From positions 35,944 to 99,943 of the forward strand of contig SVLQ01000003.1 of NCBI GenBank assembly GCA_015067825.1: DNA of 64,000 nt. Direction: 5' to 3'. This document shows positions 9,240-17,723 of this stretch, piece after piece. The position numbers were made by a program, and so were the translations under genes. This stretch comes from Oscillospiraceae bacterium. GTDB taxonomy: Bacteria; Bacillota; Clostridia; Oscillospirales; QAMX01. The notes beneath the pieces are model-generated. The model was not told the origin of the DNA. It ran no database searches and was given only the letters and a program-made list of their open reading frames with translations. Every line of letters begins with the position of its first letter. Positions within the stretch are counted from its first letter, which is position 1.

Positions 9240-9281
9240 GACACATCCAATGGTATTGTATATCGTCGGATGTGTTTTTTC
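9240..9281 (+). terminator. Possible intrinsic terminator after the Nudix-TIM gene
   Basis: GACACATCC ... GGATGTGT stem followed by TTTTTT. The loop is long (~19 nt), so this is only moderate. Confidence 0.4.
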
Positions 9282-9336
9282 TTGTACGGAAGGCGGTGTT
9301 TATGATATAATAGCAAAAAAGAAAGGTGGGATAACG

Positions 9337-10161
9337 ATGCCGGAACTGCCGGAAGTCGAGATGGTGCGCACGGTGCTGGAGCCGCAGCTCGTCGGCGAGA
9401 CGATTGCTGACGTACGCGTTTTGCGCGAAGAGATCGTTTCGGGGATCTCGGCGGAGGAATTCTGCCGGGAACTCACCGGCGAAACGGTCGCAGCGATGAC
9501 GCGCCGCGGTAAGTTCCTGACGATCCGCTTTCAAAGCGGAAAGCGCGCGGTGCTGCATTTCCGTATGACGGGGATCCTGCTGCTGACACCGCCCTTGTTC
9601 GATCCGCTGCCGCATACGCATCTGATCCTGCGCCTTACGAGCGGAAAAGAACTGCAATTTTCCGATCAGCGGCGGTTTGGCCGCTGGTGGCTGGTCGGTG
9701 CCGACACGGAAGACATGGTGAGCGGGATCGACCGGCTTGGGCCGGAGCCGTTTGATGCGGCGATCACGCCGGAGTATCTCGCAGCGGCCTTTTGTGGGCG
9801 AACCAAAACGGTCAAGGAGTGCCTGATGGATCAAGCGCTGATCGCGGGCATCGGCAATATCTACAGCGACGAGATCCTCCATCGCGCCGGTGTCCGGCCG
9901 GATCGCCGCGCCGGAACGCTGTCGGTCGCAGAGATCGCACGGGTCGCATTGCTGATCGCGCCGACGATACGATTTTTCGTGGAGAAAAACGAAATCAGCC
10001 CGGCGGATTATCTGAAAGGGCAGGGCAAAGACTACCGGAACTCGCCGTACCTCGACGTCTATGGCCGCGGCGGAAAGCCTTGCAGAACGTGCGGCGGTAT
10101 GCTGACGAAAAAAACGGTCGGTGGCCGCGGCAGCGTTTTCTGTGCTACTTGTCAGAAATAG
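9337..10161 (+). CDS. mutM: Formamidopyrimidine-DNA glycosylase
   Basis: True start is ATG 9337 (RBS GAAAGGTGGG), giving MPELPEVEMVR... C-terminal zinc finger CRTCGGML...CATCQ. The track ORF start at 9214 is an upstream in-frame extension. Confidence 0.92.
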   Translation: MPELPEVEMVRTVLEPQLVGETIADVRVLREEIVSGISAEEFCRELTGETVAAMTRRGKFLTIRFQSGKRAVLHFRMTGILLLTPPLFDPLPHTHLILRLTSGKELQFSDQRRFGRWWLVGADTEDMVSGIDRLGPEPFDAAITPEYLAAAFCGRTKTVKECLMDQALIAGIGNIYSDEILHRAGVRPDRRAGTLSVAEIARVALLIAPTIRFFVEKNEISPADYLKGQGKDYRNSPYLDVYGRGGKPCRTCGGMLTKKTVGGRGSVFCATCQK

Positions 10162-10215
10162 GCGGATCGGATGAAAAAAATAGCGGGAAAAACTTGAGAA
10201 AATTCCGTTTGTGTG

Positions 10216-10244
10216 TTCCCATTTTACGCAGAATATGGTATAAT
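10216..10244 (+). promoter_or_regulatory. Extended -10 promoter upstream of asp23-nusB
   Basis: TGgTATAAT at 10236-10244, with a weak -35 (TTCCCA) 17 nt upstream. It would give a ~90-nt leader. Confidence 0.5.
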
Positions 10245-10336
10245 AAAGATAAGACTGGGGTTCTATACGAATTTATCCCGTCTGACGAGCTTACCGACAT
10301 ACTCCCTGAATGTCTGAAAAAACGGAGGTTACGATA

Positions 10337-10696
10337 ATGGCAAAACAAGAACACGGCACCGGCACGGTGAAAATTTCCGAAGACGTCATTGCCTCGGTCG
10401 CGGCAGTTGCTGCCAGCGAGATCGACGGTGTGAAATTCCTGAGCGGCAAAAAGCCTGCCGCCATCTCGAAAAAAGCCAATAAATTTGTCAAGCTGACCTT
10501 TACCGATTCGTCGGTCACGGTCGACGTGTCGATCGTTGTCAAATACGGCTACACGATCCCGGAAGTCGGTCAGGCCGTGCAGGACAACGTCCAGGAATGC
10601 ATCGAATCCATGACCGGTCTGCGCGTGGATGCCGTCAACGTCCACTGCACGGGTATTGCGTTCACCAAAGACGCGATGAAAAACGACGCGAAATAA
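10337..10696 (+). CDS. Asp23/Gls24-family (alkaline shock) protein
   Basis: Start at MAKQEHGTGTVKISEDVIASVAAVAASEIDGV (RBS GGAGG at ~10323), a typical Asp23 N-terminus. Confidence 0.8.
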   Translation: MAKQEHGTGTVKISEDVIASVAAVAASEIDGVKFLSGKKPAAISKKANKFVKLTFTDSSVTVDVSIVVKYGYTIPEVGQAVQDNVQECIESMTGLRVDAVNVHCTGIAFTKDAMKNDAK

Positions 10697-10713
10697 GCTG
10701 AGAGAGAACTGCC

Positions 10714-11175
10714 ATGACCAGAAAAAGTGCCAGAGAAATTGCCCTCGGCTGTATTTTTGAATGCTTTTCCCGCCGGGAAGAGCCCAATGAGATCCTCGAT
10801 CAGCGCCTGACCAAAGAGGCGATTGCCGATCTCGCCGACGAAGCGATCGTTTACCAAAACGATCTCACCGAAAAAGACGCCGCCTATATCCGCGAAGTCG
10901 TCGTGGCGGCGGTGATGAACGCCGATAAGTATTATGCCGCCGTCGACGTGCGCTCGCAGTCGTGGAGCAGATCGCGTATCGCGCGTATGACCCGTGCCAT
11001 CCTTTGCCTTGCGCTGGCGGAGATCGAATATTTGAAGGACGTTCCGCCTTCTGTCGCCGTCAACGAAGCCGTTGAGCTTGCCAAACAGTACGATACCGAA
11101 AAAGCGCCGTCGTACATCAACGGCATCCTCGGCAGCTATCTGCGCGACCGGGCCGAACCGGAATCTGCCCAATGA
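10714..11175 (+). CDS. nusB: Transcription antitermination factor NusB
   Basis: 153 aa. MTRKSAREIALGCIFE..., with conserved ...AVNEAVELAKQY...YINGILG. Confidence 0.9.
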   Translation: MTRKSAREIALGCIFECFSRREEPNEILDQRLTKEAIADLADEAIVYQNDLTEKDAAYIREVVVAAVMNADKYYAAVDVRSQSWSRSRIARMTRAILCLALAEIEYLKDVPPSVAVNEAVELAKQYDTEKAPSYINGILGSYLRDRAEPESAQ

Positions 11176-12131
11176 TCGGCACGTTAGGCATCGATACCAG
11201 CAACTATACGACCTCTGCCGCCGTCTATTCGCCCGAACTGGAAAAGCCGATTGCTGTCGGCCGTCTGCTTTCGGTCGCCAGCGGCGGCTGCGGTCTGCGT
11301 CAAAGCGACGCCGTGTTTGCCCATGTGAAAAACCTGCCCGAAATCGTCTCTGCGGCGATGGCGCAGTTTTCGGGCGAGCTGGTGGCGATCGGCGTTTCTG
11401 CGCGCCCGCGCGACGTCGACGGTTCGTATATGCCGTGTTTCCTGACCGGGATCGCGGCGGCGTCGTCTGTTGCGGCGGCCATGCGCCTGCCGCTCTATGA
11501 ATGTTCTCATCAGGCCAACCATGTGGCTGCGGCCGCTTATGCATCGGGAAATCCCCGGCTGCTCGAGCGGCCTTTTTTGGCGTGGCATCTTTCCGGCGGC
11601 ACCAGCGAGCTTCTCTACGTGCAGCCCGACGATGCCGCGATCATCCGCTGCGAACGCATCGGCGGCACGAGCGATCTGGCCGCCGGACAGGTGATCGACC
11701 GCAGCGGCGTGATGCTCGGCCTCAACTTTCCCTGCGGCAAGGCGCTGGATGCGCTGTCGCTGACGGTGGAATCTCCGCTGAAACCGGCGAAGCTTTCGGT
11801 CAAGGGGTTGGAGATGAGCCTGTCTGGACTGGAAAACAAGTCCAAAGCGCTGGTCGAAAAAGGCGAAGAACCGGCAAAGATTGCCCGTTTTGTGCTGGAA
11901 ACGGTGCTTTCCAGCGTTGTCCGCGTGACCGAAGCTGCGTTTGAAATCTACGGCAAGCTACCGGTTTTGTGCGCCGGCGGCGTCATGTGCAATACGATCA
12001 TCCGCCGCGAAATGGAGGCGCGTTTTGGCGCATCGTTTGCCGACGCGATCTATTCCGCCGACAACGCCTCGGGCACGGCCGTGCTCACCTATCTGCGCCA
12101 TAAACGTGCGGAGGAAAGCCATGGAAACTGA
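11172..12131 (+). CDS. TsaD/Kae1-family (peptidase M22, ASKHA fold) paralog
   Basis: 319 aa. N-terminus LGIDTSNYTTS; HxxxH metal motif (SHQANH); C-terminal GGVMCN. ATGA overlap with nusB and an 11-nt overlap with xseA. Confidence 0.65.
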   Translation: MIGTLGIDTSNYTTSAAVYSPELEKPIAVGRLLSVASGGCGLRQSDAVFAHVKNLPEIVSAAMAQFSGELVAIGVSARPRDVDGSYMPCFLTGIAAASSVAAAMRLPLYECSHQANHVAAAAYASGNPRLLERPFLAWHLSGGTSELLYVQPDDAAIIRCERIGGTSDLAAGQVIDRSGVMLGLNFPCGKALDALSLTVESPLKPAKLSVKGLEMSLSGLENKSKALVEKGEEPAKIARFVLETVLSSVVRVTEAAFEIYGKLPVLCAGGVMCNTIIRREMEARFGASFADAIYSADNASGTAVLTYLRHKRAEESHGN

Positions 12132-13332
12132 AAACCGTCAGGTGATCAGCGTCACCGAACTGAATTCGTATATCAAATCGCTGCTTGACGACAATCCGCT
12201 TCTGAAGCGGATCGCCGTCAAGGGCGAGATCTCCAATTATCGCCCGAATTCCTCGGGCCATCTTTATTTTACCTTGAAGGACGAGGGCAGCGCGATCCGC
12301 TGCGTGATGTTCAAAGCTGCTGCCCAAAAGTTGAGTTTTACGCCCGAGAACGGCATGAAAGTGATTGCCGTCGGCAGTATTTCGGCATTTGTCCGCGATG
12401 GGCAATATCAACTCTACCTCTCGTCGCTCACGCCGGACGGTGTGGGCGATCTGTACGTCGCGTTTGAACAGCTCAAACAGCGCCTTGGCGCCGAAGGACT
12501 TTTTGATCCGGCGAAGAAAAAGCCGATCCCGCGCTACCCGCGTATGATCGCGCTGGTCACCTCGCCGACAGGGGCCGCCATCCGTGATATGCTGCGCATT
12601 TTGAAGAAACGCTATCCGATCGCGCGCGTGCTCGTCGTACCTGTCAAAGTGCAGGGTGTCGGCGCGGCCGAAGAGATCGCCGAAGCGATCACCTATCTGA
12701 ACGGCAAACGGTATATCGACGTCATCATCGCCGGCCGCGGCGGTGGTTCGATCGAAGATCTCTGGTGCTTCAACGAAGAAGTCGTTGCTCGGGCGATCGC
12801 CGCGTCAAAGATCCCGGTGGTCTCGGCGGTCGGCCATGAGCCGGACGTTACGATTGCCGACTACGCCGCCGACCTGCGCGCAGCCACCCCCTCCAACGGC
12901 GCCGAACTGACGACGCCGGATGCCGCCGAACTGACGATGCGCTTAAACGAACGGCAGGTGCTGCTCGCACGGCAGATGACCGCCCGCATTGATGCTCTCG
13001 CCAAACGGCTGGAGGCGATCGGCGAAAAGCGCGTCTATGCCTCGCCGGTCAATTATATCGACGAAAAACGCATGGCGCTCGACTATCTGGTCAACCGCTT
13101 CCAGCACGTCGGCGAAAAAGTGCTGACGGCCGGTCAGCATCGGCTTGCCAACGCCGCTGCGCGGTTAGATGCGATGAGCCCGCTGAAGGTTTTGGGGCGC
13201 GGCTACGCGATCGCTATGCGCGAAGACGGCAGCGCCGTGCGCCGTGCCGCCGATCTTGCCGTCGGCGATTCGGTCTCCGTGCGGTTTGCCGAAGGAAAAG
13301 CCAACTGCGAAGTGACCGCAATCGAATCGTGA
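12121..13332 (+). CDS. xseA: Exodeoxyribonuclease VII large subunit
   Basis: True start is ATG 12121 (METENRQVISVTELNSYIKSLLD). Typical OB-fold N-terminus and GRGGGSIEDLWCFNEE motif. The track ORF start at 11941 is an extension inside the upstream gene. Confidence 0.92.
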   Translation: METENRQVISVTELNSYIKSLLDDNPLLKRIAVKGEISNYRPNSSGHLYFTLKDEGSAIRCVMFKAAAQKLSFTPENGMKVIAVGSISAFVRDGQYQLYLSSLTPDGVGDLYVAFEQLKQRLGAEGLFDPAKKKPIPRYPRMIALVTSPTGAAIRDMLRILKKRYPIARVLVVPVKVQGVGAAEEIAEAITYLNGKRYIDVIIAGRGGGSIEDLWCFNEEVVARAIAASKIPVVSAVGHEPDVTIADYAADLRAATPSNGAELTTPDAAELTMRLNERQVLLARQMTARIDALAKRLEAIGEKRVYASPVNYIDEKRMALDYLVNRFQHVGEKVLTAGQHRLANAAARLDAMSPLKVLGRGYAIAMREDGSAVRRAADLAVGDSVSVRFAEGKANCEVTAIES

Positions 13333-13368
13333 ATTTTATCCCTGTTTTCTTGGAAAGGAAGGGTTTTT

Positions 13369-14655
13369 GTGAATAAAAACGTACTGGTTGCCCAATCCGG
13401 CGGCCCCTCTCCCGTTATCAATGCCAGCCTTTGCGGCGTGGTCGATGCCTGCCGCGCTTATCCCGATCGTTTCGGCACGATCTATGCCGGTTACCACGGG
13501 ATCGAAGGCGTTTTGAACGAAGAATTGATCGATCTCTCCGCGCAGGATCCGCGTGAGCTTGCGCTTTTGAAGACGACGCCGTCGGCCGGCGCGGTCGGAA
13601 CCTGCCGCTATAAGCTCGCCGACGAAGGCTCCGAAGATTTCCAGCGCATTCTCGACGTCTTCCGCGCCCACGAGATCGGCTATTTTTACTACATCGGCGG
13701 CAACGATTCGATGGATACTGCCGACAAAGTTGCCCGCCTCGCCCGCGAACAGGGCTATCCGTTGGTCGTGACCGGCATTCCCAAAACGATCGACAACGAC
13801 GTCGGCGACAGCGAATTCAAGCTCCTCGACCATACGCCCGGCTACGGCAGCTGTGCGCGTTACTGGGCGTATCTGATGCAGAACGCCGACGAAGAAAACC
13901 GCGCGATCTATCCCTCCGAGTGTGTCTCGGTCTATCAGGCGATGGGGCGCAAGGCCGGCTTCATCACGGCGGCTGCTCGCCTCGGCGACCCGAACCGCGA
14001 AATGCCGCTTTTGATGTTCTTTGCCGAAACCAATTTCAACCTCGAGCAGCTGGCCGAACGCGTCAATCAAAAGCTCAAAGAGGCCAAACGCTGCATCGTC
14101 GTCGTCAACGAAGGCTTCGACATCGGTGATACCGCCGCCCGTCACGATGGCTTCGGCCACATCGAATACGGTGCGTCGGGGACGACGGCCATGCAGGCGG
14201 TCGTCACCTATCTGAACAATCAAAAGCTTGCCGCCCGCGGCCAGGCGACCGGTCAGATCCCGGGCGTTATGCAGCGTTCGTGCTCGCTCTTTATCTCCGA
14301 AACCGACGTCACCGAAGCCTATGAGGTTGCCAAAAGCGGTGTTGAGACCTCGATCACCGTCGGTAGCGGCTACATGGCGACGATTGTGCGCGCCGCCACG
14401 GACGTCTACCGTGCGGAATACCGTTATGCGCCGCTGGCGGTCGTCGCCGGCAGCGAACGCTTCCTGCCCAAATCGTGGATCACCGCCGACGGTACCGACG
14501 TTACCGACGATTTCGTCCGCTATGCGCGCCCACTGATCGGCGATCGTGTACCCGAGATCCCGATGGAAAACGGCCTGCAGCGCTTTGCGCGGCTGGAAAA
14601 AATCTTCGCCGAACAAAAACTCCCGGCCTATACACCGGTCAATCTGCGGAAATAA
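13369..14655 (+). CDS. pfp: 6-phosphofructokinase, probably pyrophosphate-dependent (Pfp-type)
   Basis: 428 aa, GTG start. Motifs QSGGPSPVINAS, IGGNDSMDTA, IPKTIDND, MGRKAG. The Asp in GGNDS, where ATP-PFKs have GGDGS, suggests the PPi type. Confidence 0.8.
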   Translation: MNKNVLVAQSGGPSPVINASLCGVVDACRAYPDRFGTIYAGYHGIEGVLNEELIDLSAQDPRELALLKTTPSAGAVGTCRYKLADEGSEDFQRILDVFRAHEIGYFYYIGGNDSMDTADKVARLAREQGYPLVVTGIPKTIDNDVGDSEFKLLDHTPGYGSCARYWAYLMQNADEENRAIYPSECVSVYQAMGRKAGFITAAARLGDPNREMPLLMFFAETNFNLEQLAERVNQKLKEAKRCIVVVNEGFDIGDTAARHDGFGHIEYGASGTTAMQAVVTYLNNQKLAARGQATGQIPGVMQRSCSLFISETDVTEAYEVAKSGVETSITVGSGYMATIVRAATDVYRAEYRYAPLAVVAGSERFLPKSWITADGTDVTDDFVRYARPLIGDRVPEIPMENGLQRFARLEKIFAEQKLPAYTPVNLRK

Positions 14656-14670
14656 ACGGAGGCGAAACGG

Positions 14671-15717
14671 ATGGAACGTACTTTTGATTTTGAAAAAGTT
14701 ATGCAGCCGATCTGGAACGATGGCGGCCTTGCGTGGTGTGAATCCGTTATGGCGGCCGAGACCGCTCCCGGCGAAACGCTGATCCCGCTCTATTACCATG
14801 CCGACGAGATCCTCTCGGTGCAAAGCGCTGATCTTCGCGTGACCTACGAAGCAGGGAAGGACTACGCTTTGGAAAACGGATGCCTCCGCATCCTGCCGGG
14901 CAGCGCGATCTCTGTCCTCACGTTAGACGAGCTGTATCCGAACGAAAAACACGACCATACCTTCGGCGGCCGCGACGGTGTTCCGTATCTGCTCTTTGGC
15001 GAAGGCACGTTTTTCCACGAACGTCAGCTGGCCGTGACTTACCGCCACAGCGATGGCTGGCGCGGCCCTGTCCCTGCCGGAAAGACCGAACTTCTGCCCA
15101 AACTGGCCCGAAAACTGGCCGAAAGAGCGCCCTTCCGCTTCCTGATCTTCGGCGATTCGATCACCGCAGGCGGCAATGCCAGCGGTTGTACCGGCATCGC
15201 GCCGTATCTGCCGCGCTTTGGCGAACTGTTCGCCGAGGATCTTGTCCGCCGCAGCGGCTGCGCGATCGACGCGGTCAACACCGCCGTCGGCGGCATGGCT
15301 GCCGACTGGGGCATGAAGACCGCCGGAGAAAACGTCGCGGTCTACCGTCCCGATCTGGTGCTGATCGGCTTCGGTATGAACGACGGCAGCGGCCATTGCA
15401 CGAAAGAAGAATTTGCTAACCGCGTGCGTTCGATCATTGAAACAACGCGTGCCGCAAACCCCAATTGCGAATTTATCCTTGTGACCTCGATTCTTCCCAA
15501 CGCCAAGGCTTGTCTCTACGGCACGCAGGCGGACTGCGCCGAAGGGATGCGCAGCCTGAAAGGCGAGGGGATCGCGGTTGCCGATATGATGCCGGTACAC
15601 GAAGAACTGCTGACGAAAAAGCGCTACGTCGATATGACCGGCAACAACGTCAACCATCCCAACGACTATCTCCACCGTGCCTATGCGCAGATCGTCGCAT
15701 CGCTGATGCCGCTGTAA
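14671..15717 (+). CDS. SGNH/GDSL-family hydrolase with an N-terminal accessory domain
   Basis: Blocks FLIFGDSITAGG, GFGMNDG and NNVNHPNDYLH (the Ser/Gly/Asn/His blocks). Confidence 0.75.
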   Translation: MERTFDFEKVMQPIWNDGGLAWCESVMAAETAPGETLIPLYYHADEILSVQSADLRVTYEAGKDYALENGCLRILPGSAISVLTLDELYPNEKHDHTFGGRDGVPYLLFGEGTFFHERQLAVTYRHSDGWRGPVPAGKTELLPKLARKLAERAPFRFLIFGDSITAGGNASGCTGIAPYLPRFGELFAEDLVRRSGCAIDAVNTAVGGMAADWGMKTAGENVAVYRPDLVLIGFGMNDGSGHCTKEEFANRVRSIIETTRAANPNCEFILVTSILPNAKACLYGTQADCAEGMRSLKGEGIAVADMMPVHEELLTKKRYVDMTGNNVNHPNDYLHRAYAQIVASLMPL

Positions 15718-15806
15718 CGGTCGGCCCGTCGAAAAAAATGAAAACCGCATAAATAATGTGCGGATTTTTGTGAAGATGCGCCATAGAATTTAACGGATAG
15801 TTGTAG

Positions 15807-15832
15807 TATAATTTATCAAAGTAAATTGATAA
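15807..15832 (+). promoter_or_regulatory. his operon -10 box plus an adjacent perfect palindrome (candidate operator)
   Basis: TATAAT at 15807-15812 is followed immediately by TTATCAA-agtaaa-TTGATAA (15813-15832), 22 nt before the hisZ ATG. Confidence 0.45.
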
Positions 15833-15854
15833 ACAGATAAAGGAATGAAGTAGT

Positions 15855-17069
15855 ATGTTGAAACGTGGCTGCGGCACCCCGCACGGCGTCCACGACGTTT
15901 TGTTTGCGCAGAGCCGTATGCGCCGTCAGATCGGTACAAAGCTGACGGAATGTTATGAAAAACGCGGCTATGCGGAAGTGAAAACGCCGCTTTTGGAATA
16001 TTATGATCTCTTCTTGCAGGGCGAAAGCGCTTCAGATACGGCCAGTATGTACAAGTTGGTCGACGGCGGTGAGGTGCTCGTCATCCGTCCCGACTCCACC
16101 GCCCCGATCGGGCGTTTGGTTTCGTCCCGCCTGCAGACCGCACCGCTGCCGCTGCGGCTCTACTACCACCAGGATGTGTTCCGTGTTTGCGGCGGCCATC
16201 GCGGCGAACGCGCCCAAACGACGCAGTGCGGCGTGGAATTGATCGGCGCTAAGGGTCTGCGCGCCGACACCGAGATCGCCGAAACGGCATTGCGCGCGCT
16301 GGCGGAAACGGGGCTGCAGGACTATAAGATCGAACTCGGCCACGCCGGGATCTTCCGCGCATTGGCTGCGGCGATCGAGTTCCGCGAAGGCGACGGCGAA
16401 AAAGTCCGTTACCTGACCGAAATCAAGAACTACGCGGCGGTCAACGATGTTCTGAAGGAATACGACGCCGAGTACCACGATGCGTGCGAGGCGCTGCGCC
16501 GTCTGCCGCGCATTTTTGGCGGCGGTGAGATCTTCGCCGAAGCCGAACAGATCATCAAAACGCCGGCCGCGGCGGAAGCGCTTGCGTATCTGAAAACCGT
16601 CTACGAGGCGCTTTGTGCGCTCGGCTGCGGCGATCGGGTCGTTCTCGATCTGGCGCTCGTCAACCATATGGAATACTATACCGGTATCGTCCTCAGCGGC
16701 TACGCCCACGGAACCGGCGAGCCGATCATTTCCGGCGGCCGTTACGATACGCTGATCGCTAACTACGGTATGGACGTCGCAGCGACCGGTTTCGTTGTCA
16801 ACGTCGATGCTGTCGCCGAAGCACTGGAGAAAAGCGGTCTTTCGGCCGGACCGGCACCTGCCGCCGAGCTCGTGCACTACGAGCCGGATTTTGCCTCGTT
16901 TGCCTACGCCTATGCCGCCGAAAAACGCGCGGCCGGTTTTACCGTAGAGCTCTCCTGCGAAGAGAGCGTGGAGGCCGCACTTGCGGTCGCCAATCAGAAG
17001 GAGATCCCTGTGCTCGTCGTCTTTGACGCCTCCGGGATCCGCAGACTCGAGGGGAGGACGGCTGAATGA
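15855..17069 (+). CDS. hisZ: ATP phosphoribosyltransferase regulatory subunit
   Basis: 404 aa, class-II aaRS-like (HisRS paralog). ATGA overlap with the short-form hisG. Confidence 0.85.
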   Translation: MLKRGCGTPHGVHDVLFAQSRMRRQIGTKLTECYEKRGYAEVKTPLLEYYDLFLQGESASDTASMYKLVDGGEVLVIRPDSTAPIGRLVSSRLQTAPLPLRLYYHQDVFRVCGGHRGERAQTTQCGVELIGAKGLRADTEIAETALRALAETGLQDYKIELGHAGIFRALAAAIEFREGDGEKVRYLTEIKNYAAVNDVLKEYDAEYHDACEALRRLPRIFGGGEIFAEAEQIIKTPAAAEALAYLKTVYEALCALGCGDRVVLDLALVNHMEYYTGIVLSGYAHGTGEPIISGGRYDTLIANYGMDVAATGFVVNVDAVAEALEKSGLSAGPAPAAELVHYEPDFASFAYAYAAEKRAAGFTVELSCEESVEAALAVANQKEIPVLVVFDASGIRRLEGRTAE

Positions 17070-17695
17070 GAAAGATCCGCATTGCTTTAACCAAAGGCCG
17101 GCTTCTGGAAGAGTCGATCGCACTTTTTGAACGCGCCGGCATCGAATGCGAAAGCCTGCGCCATCCGGGGCGCCGTCTGATCCTGCCGATCGCTGACGGC
17201 GAGATGGAAGCCGTGCTGGCCAAGGCTGCCGACGTCATTACCTACGTCGAAAACGGTGTCTGCGACATCGGTATCGTCGGCAAGGATACGATCATGGAAT
17301 GTGCCACCGGCCTTTATGAGATCATGGATCTCGGCTTTGGCCGCTGCCGCTTTGCCGTGGCGGGACCGAAAGAACGCACGCTTGCCGACGGCAAATACCG
17401 CCGTGCGGCGACGAAATATCTCACGGTCGCCGGCAACTATTTTGAACGCAAAAAGATGGACGTCGAACTGATCAAAATCGAAGGCTCGGTCGAACTGGCA
17501 CCGCTCCTCGACCTCTCCGACGTCATCGTCGATATCGTTGAGACCGGCTCGACTCTGAAAGCCAACGGCCTTGAGGTCTACGAAACCGTGGCCGAGATCT
17601 CGGCGCGGCTCGTGGTCAACGTGGCATCGCTGAAGCTCAGAAAGAGCGAGATCGATGCGTTTACGCGCAAGATCGAGGCTGTTTTGAAGGCGTGA
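17066..17695 (+). CDS. hisG: ATP phosphoribosyltransferase, short form
   Basis: 209 aa. MRKIRIALTKGRLLEE..., DIVETGSTLKANGL. Confidence 0.92.
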   Translation: MRKIRIALTKGRLLEESIALFERAGIECESLRHPGRRLILPIADGEMEAVLAKAADVITYVENGVCDIGIVGKDTIMECATGLYEIMDLGFGRCRFAVAGPKERTLADGKYRRAATKYLTVAGNYFERKKMDVELIKIEGSVELAPLLDLSDVIVDIVETGSTLKANGLEVYETVAEISARLVVNVASLKLRKSEIDAFTRKIEAVLKA

Positions 17696-17723
17696 GCCGG
17701 GAATTTCAAAAGAAAGAAGAACT

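Noticed and set aside
9214-9336. N-terminal extensions offered by the ORF track for several genes: mutM 9214, asp23 10310, xseA 11941, hisE 22468, PfkB 24961, oppA 45894, the P-type ATPase 55583, metK 58569, radical SAM 58634, DUF4130 60012, nrdR 63030, xseB 63403.
   Set aside because: In each case an internal start codon is preceded by a good GGAGG-type RBS and yields the canonical family N-terminus (for example [33 protein letters not shown]). The extensions overlap upstream genes or intergenic promoters.
15718-15854. A T-box or leader-peptide attenuator upstream of the his operon.
   Set aside because: The distance from the -10 box to the hisZ ATG is only about 40 nt. That leaves no room for a T-box, a His-codon leader peptide or a terminator/antiterminator pair. 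A palindromic operator is reported instead.
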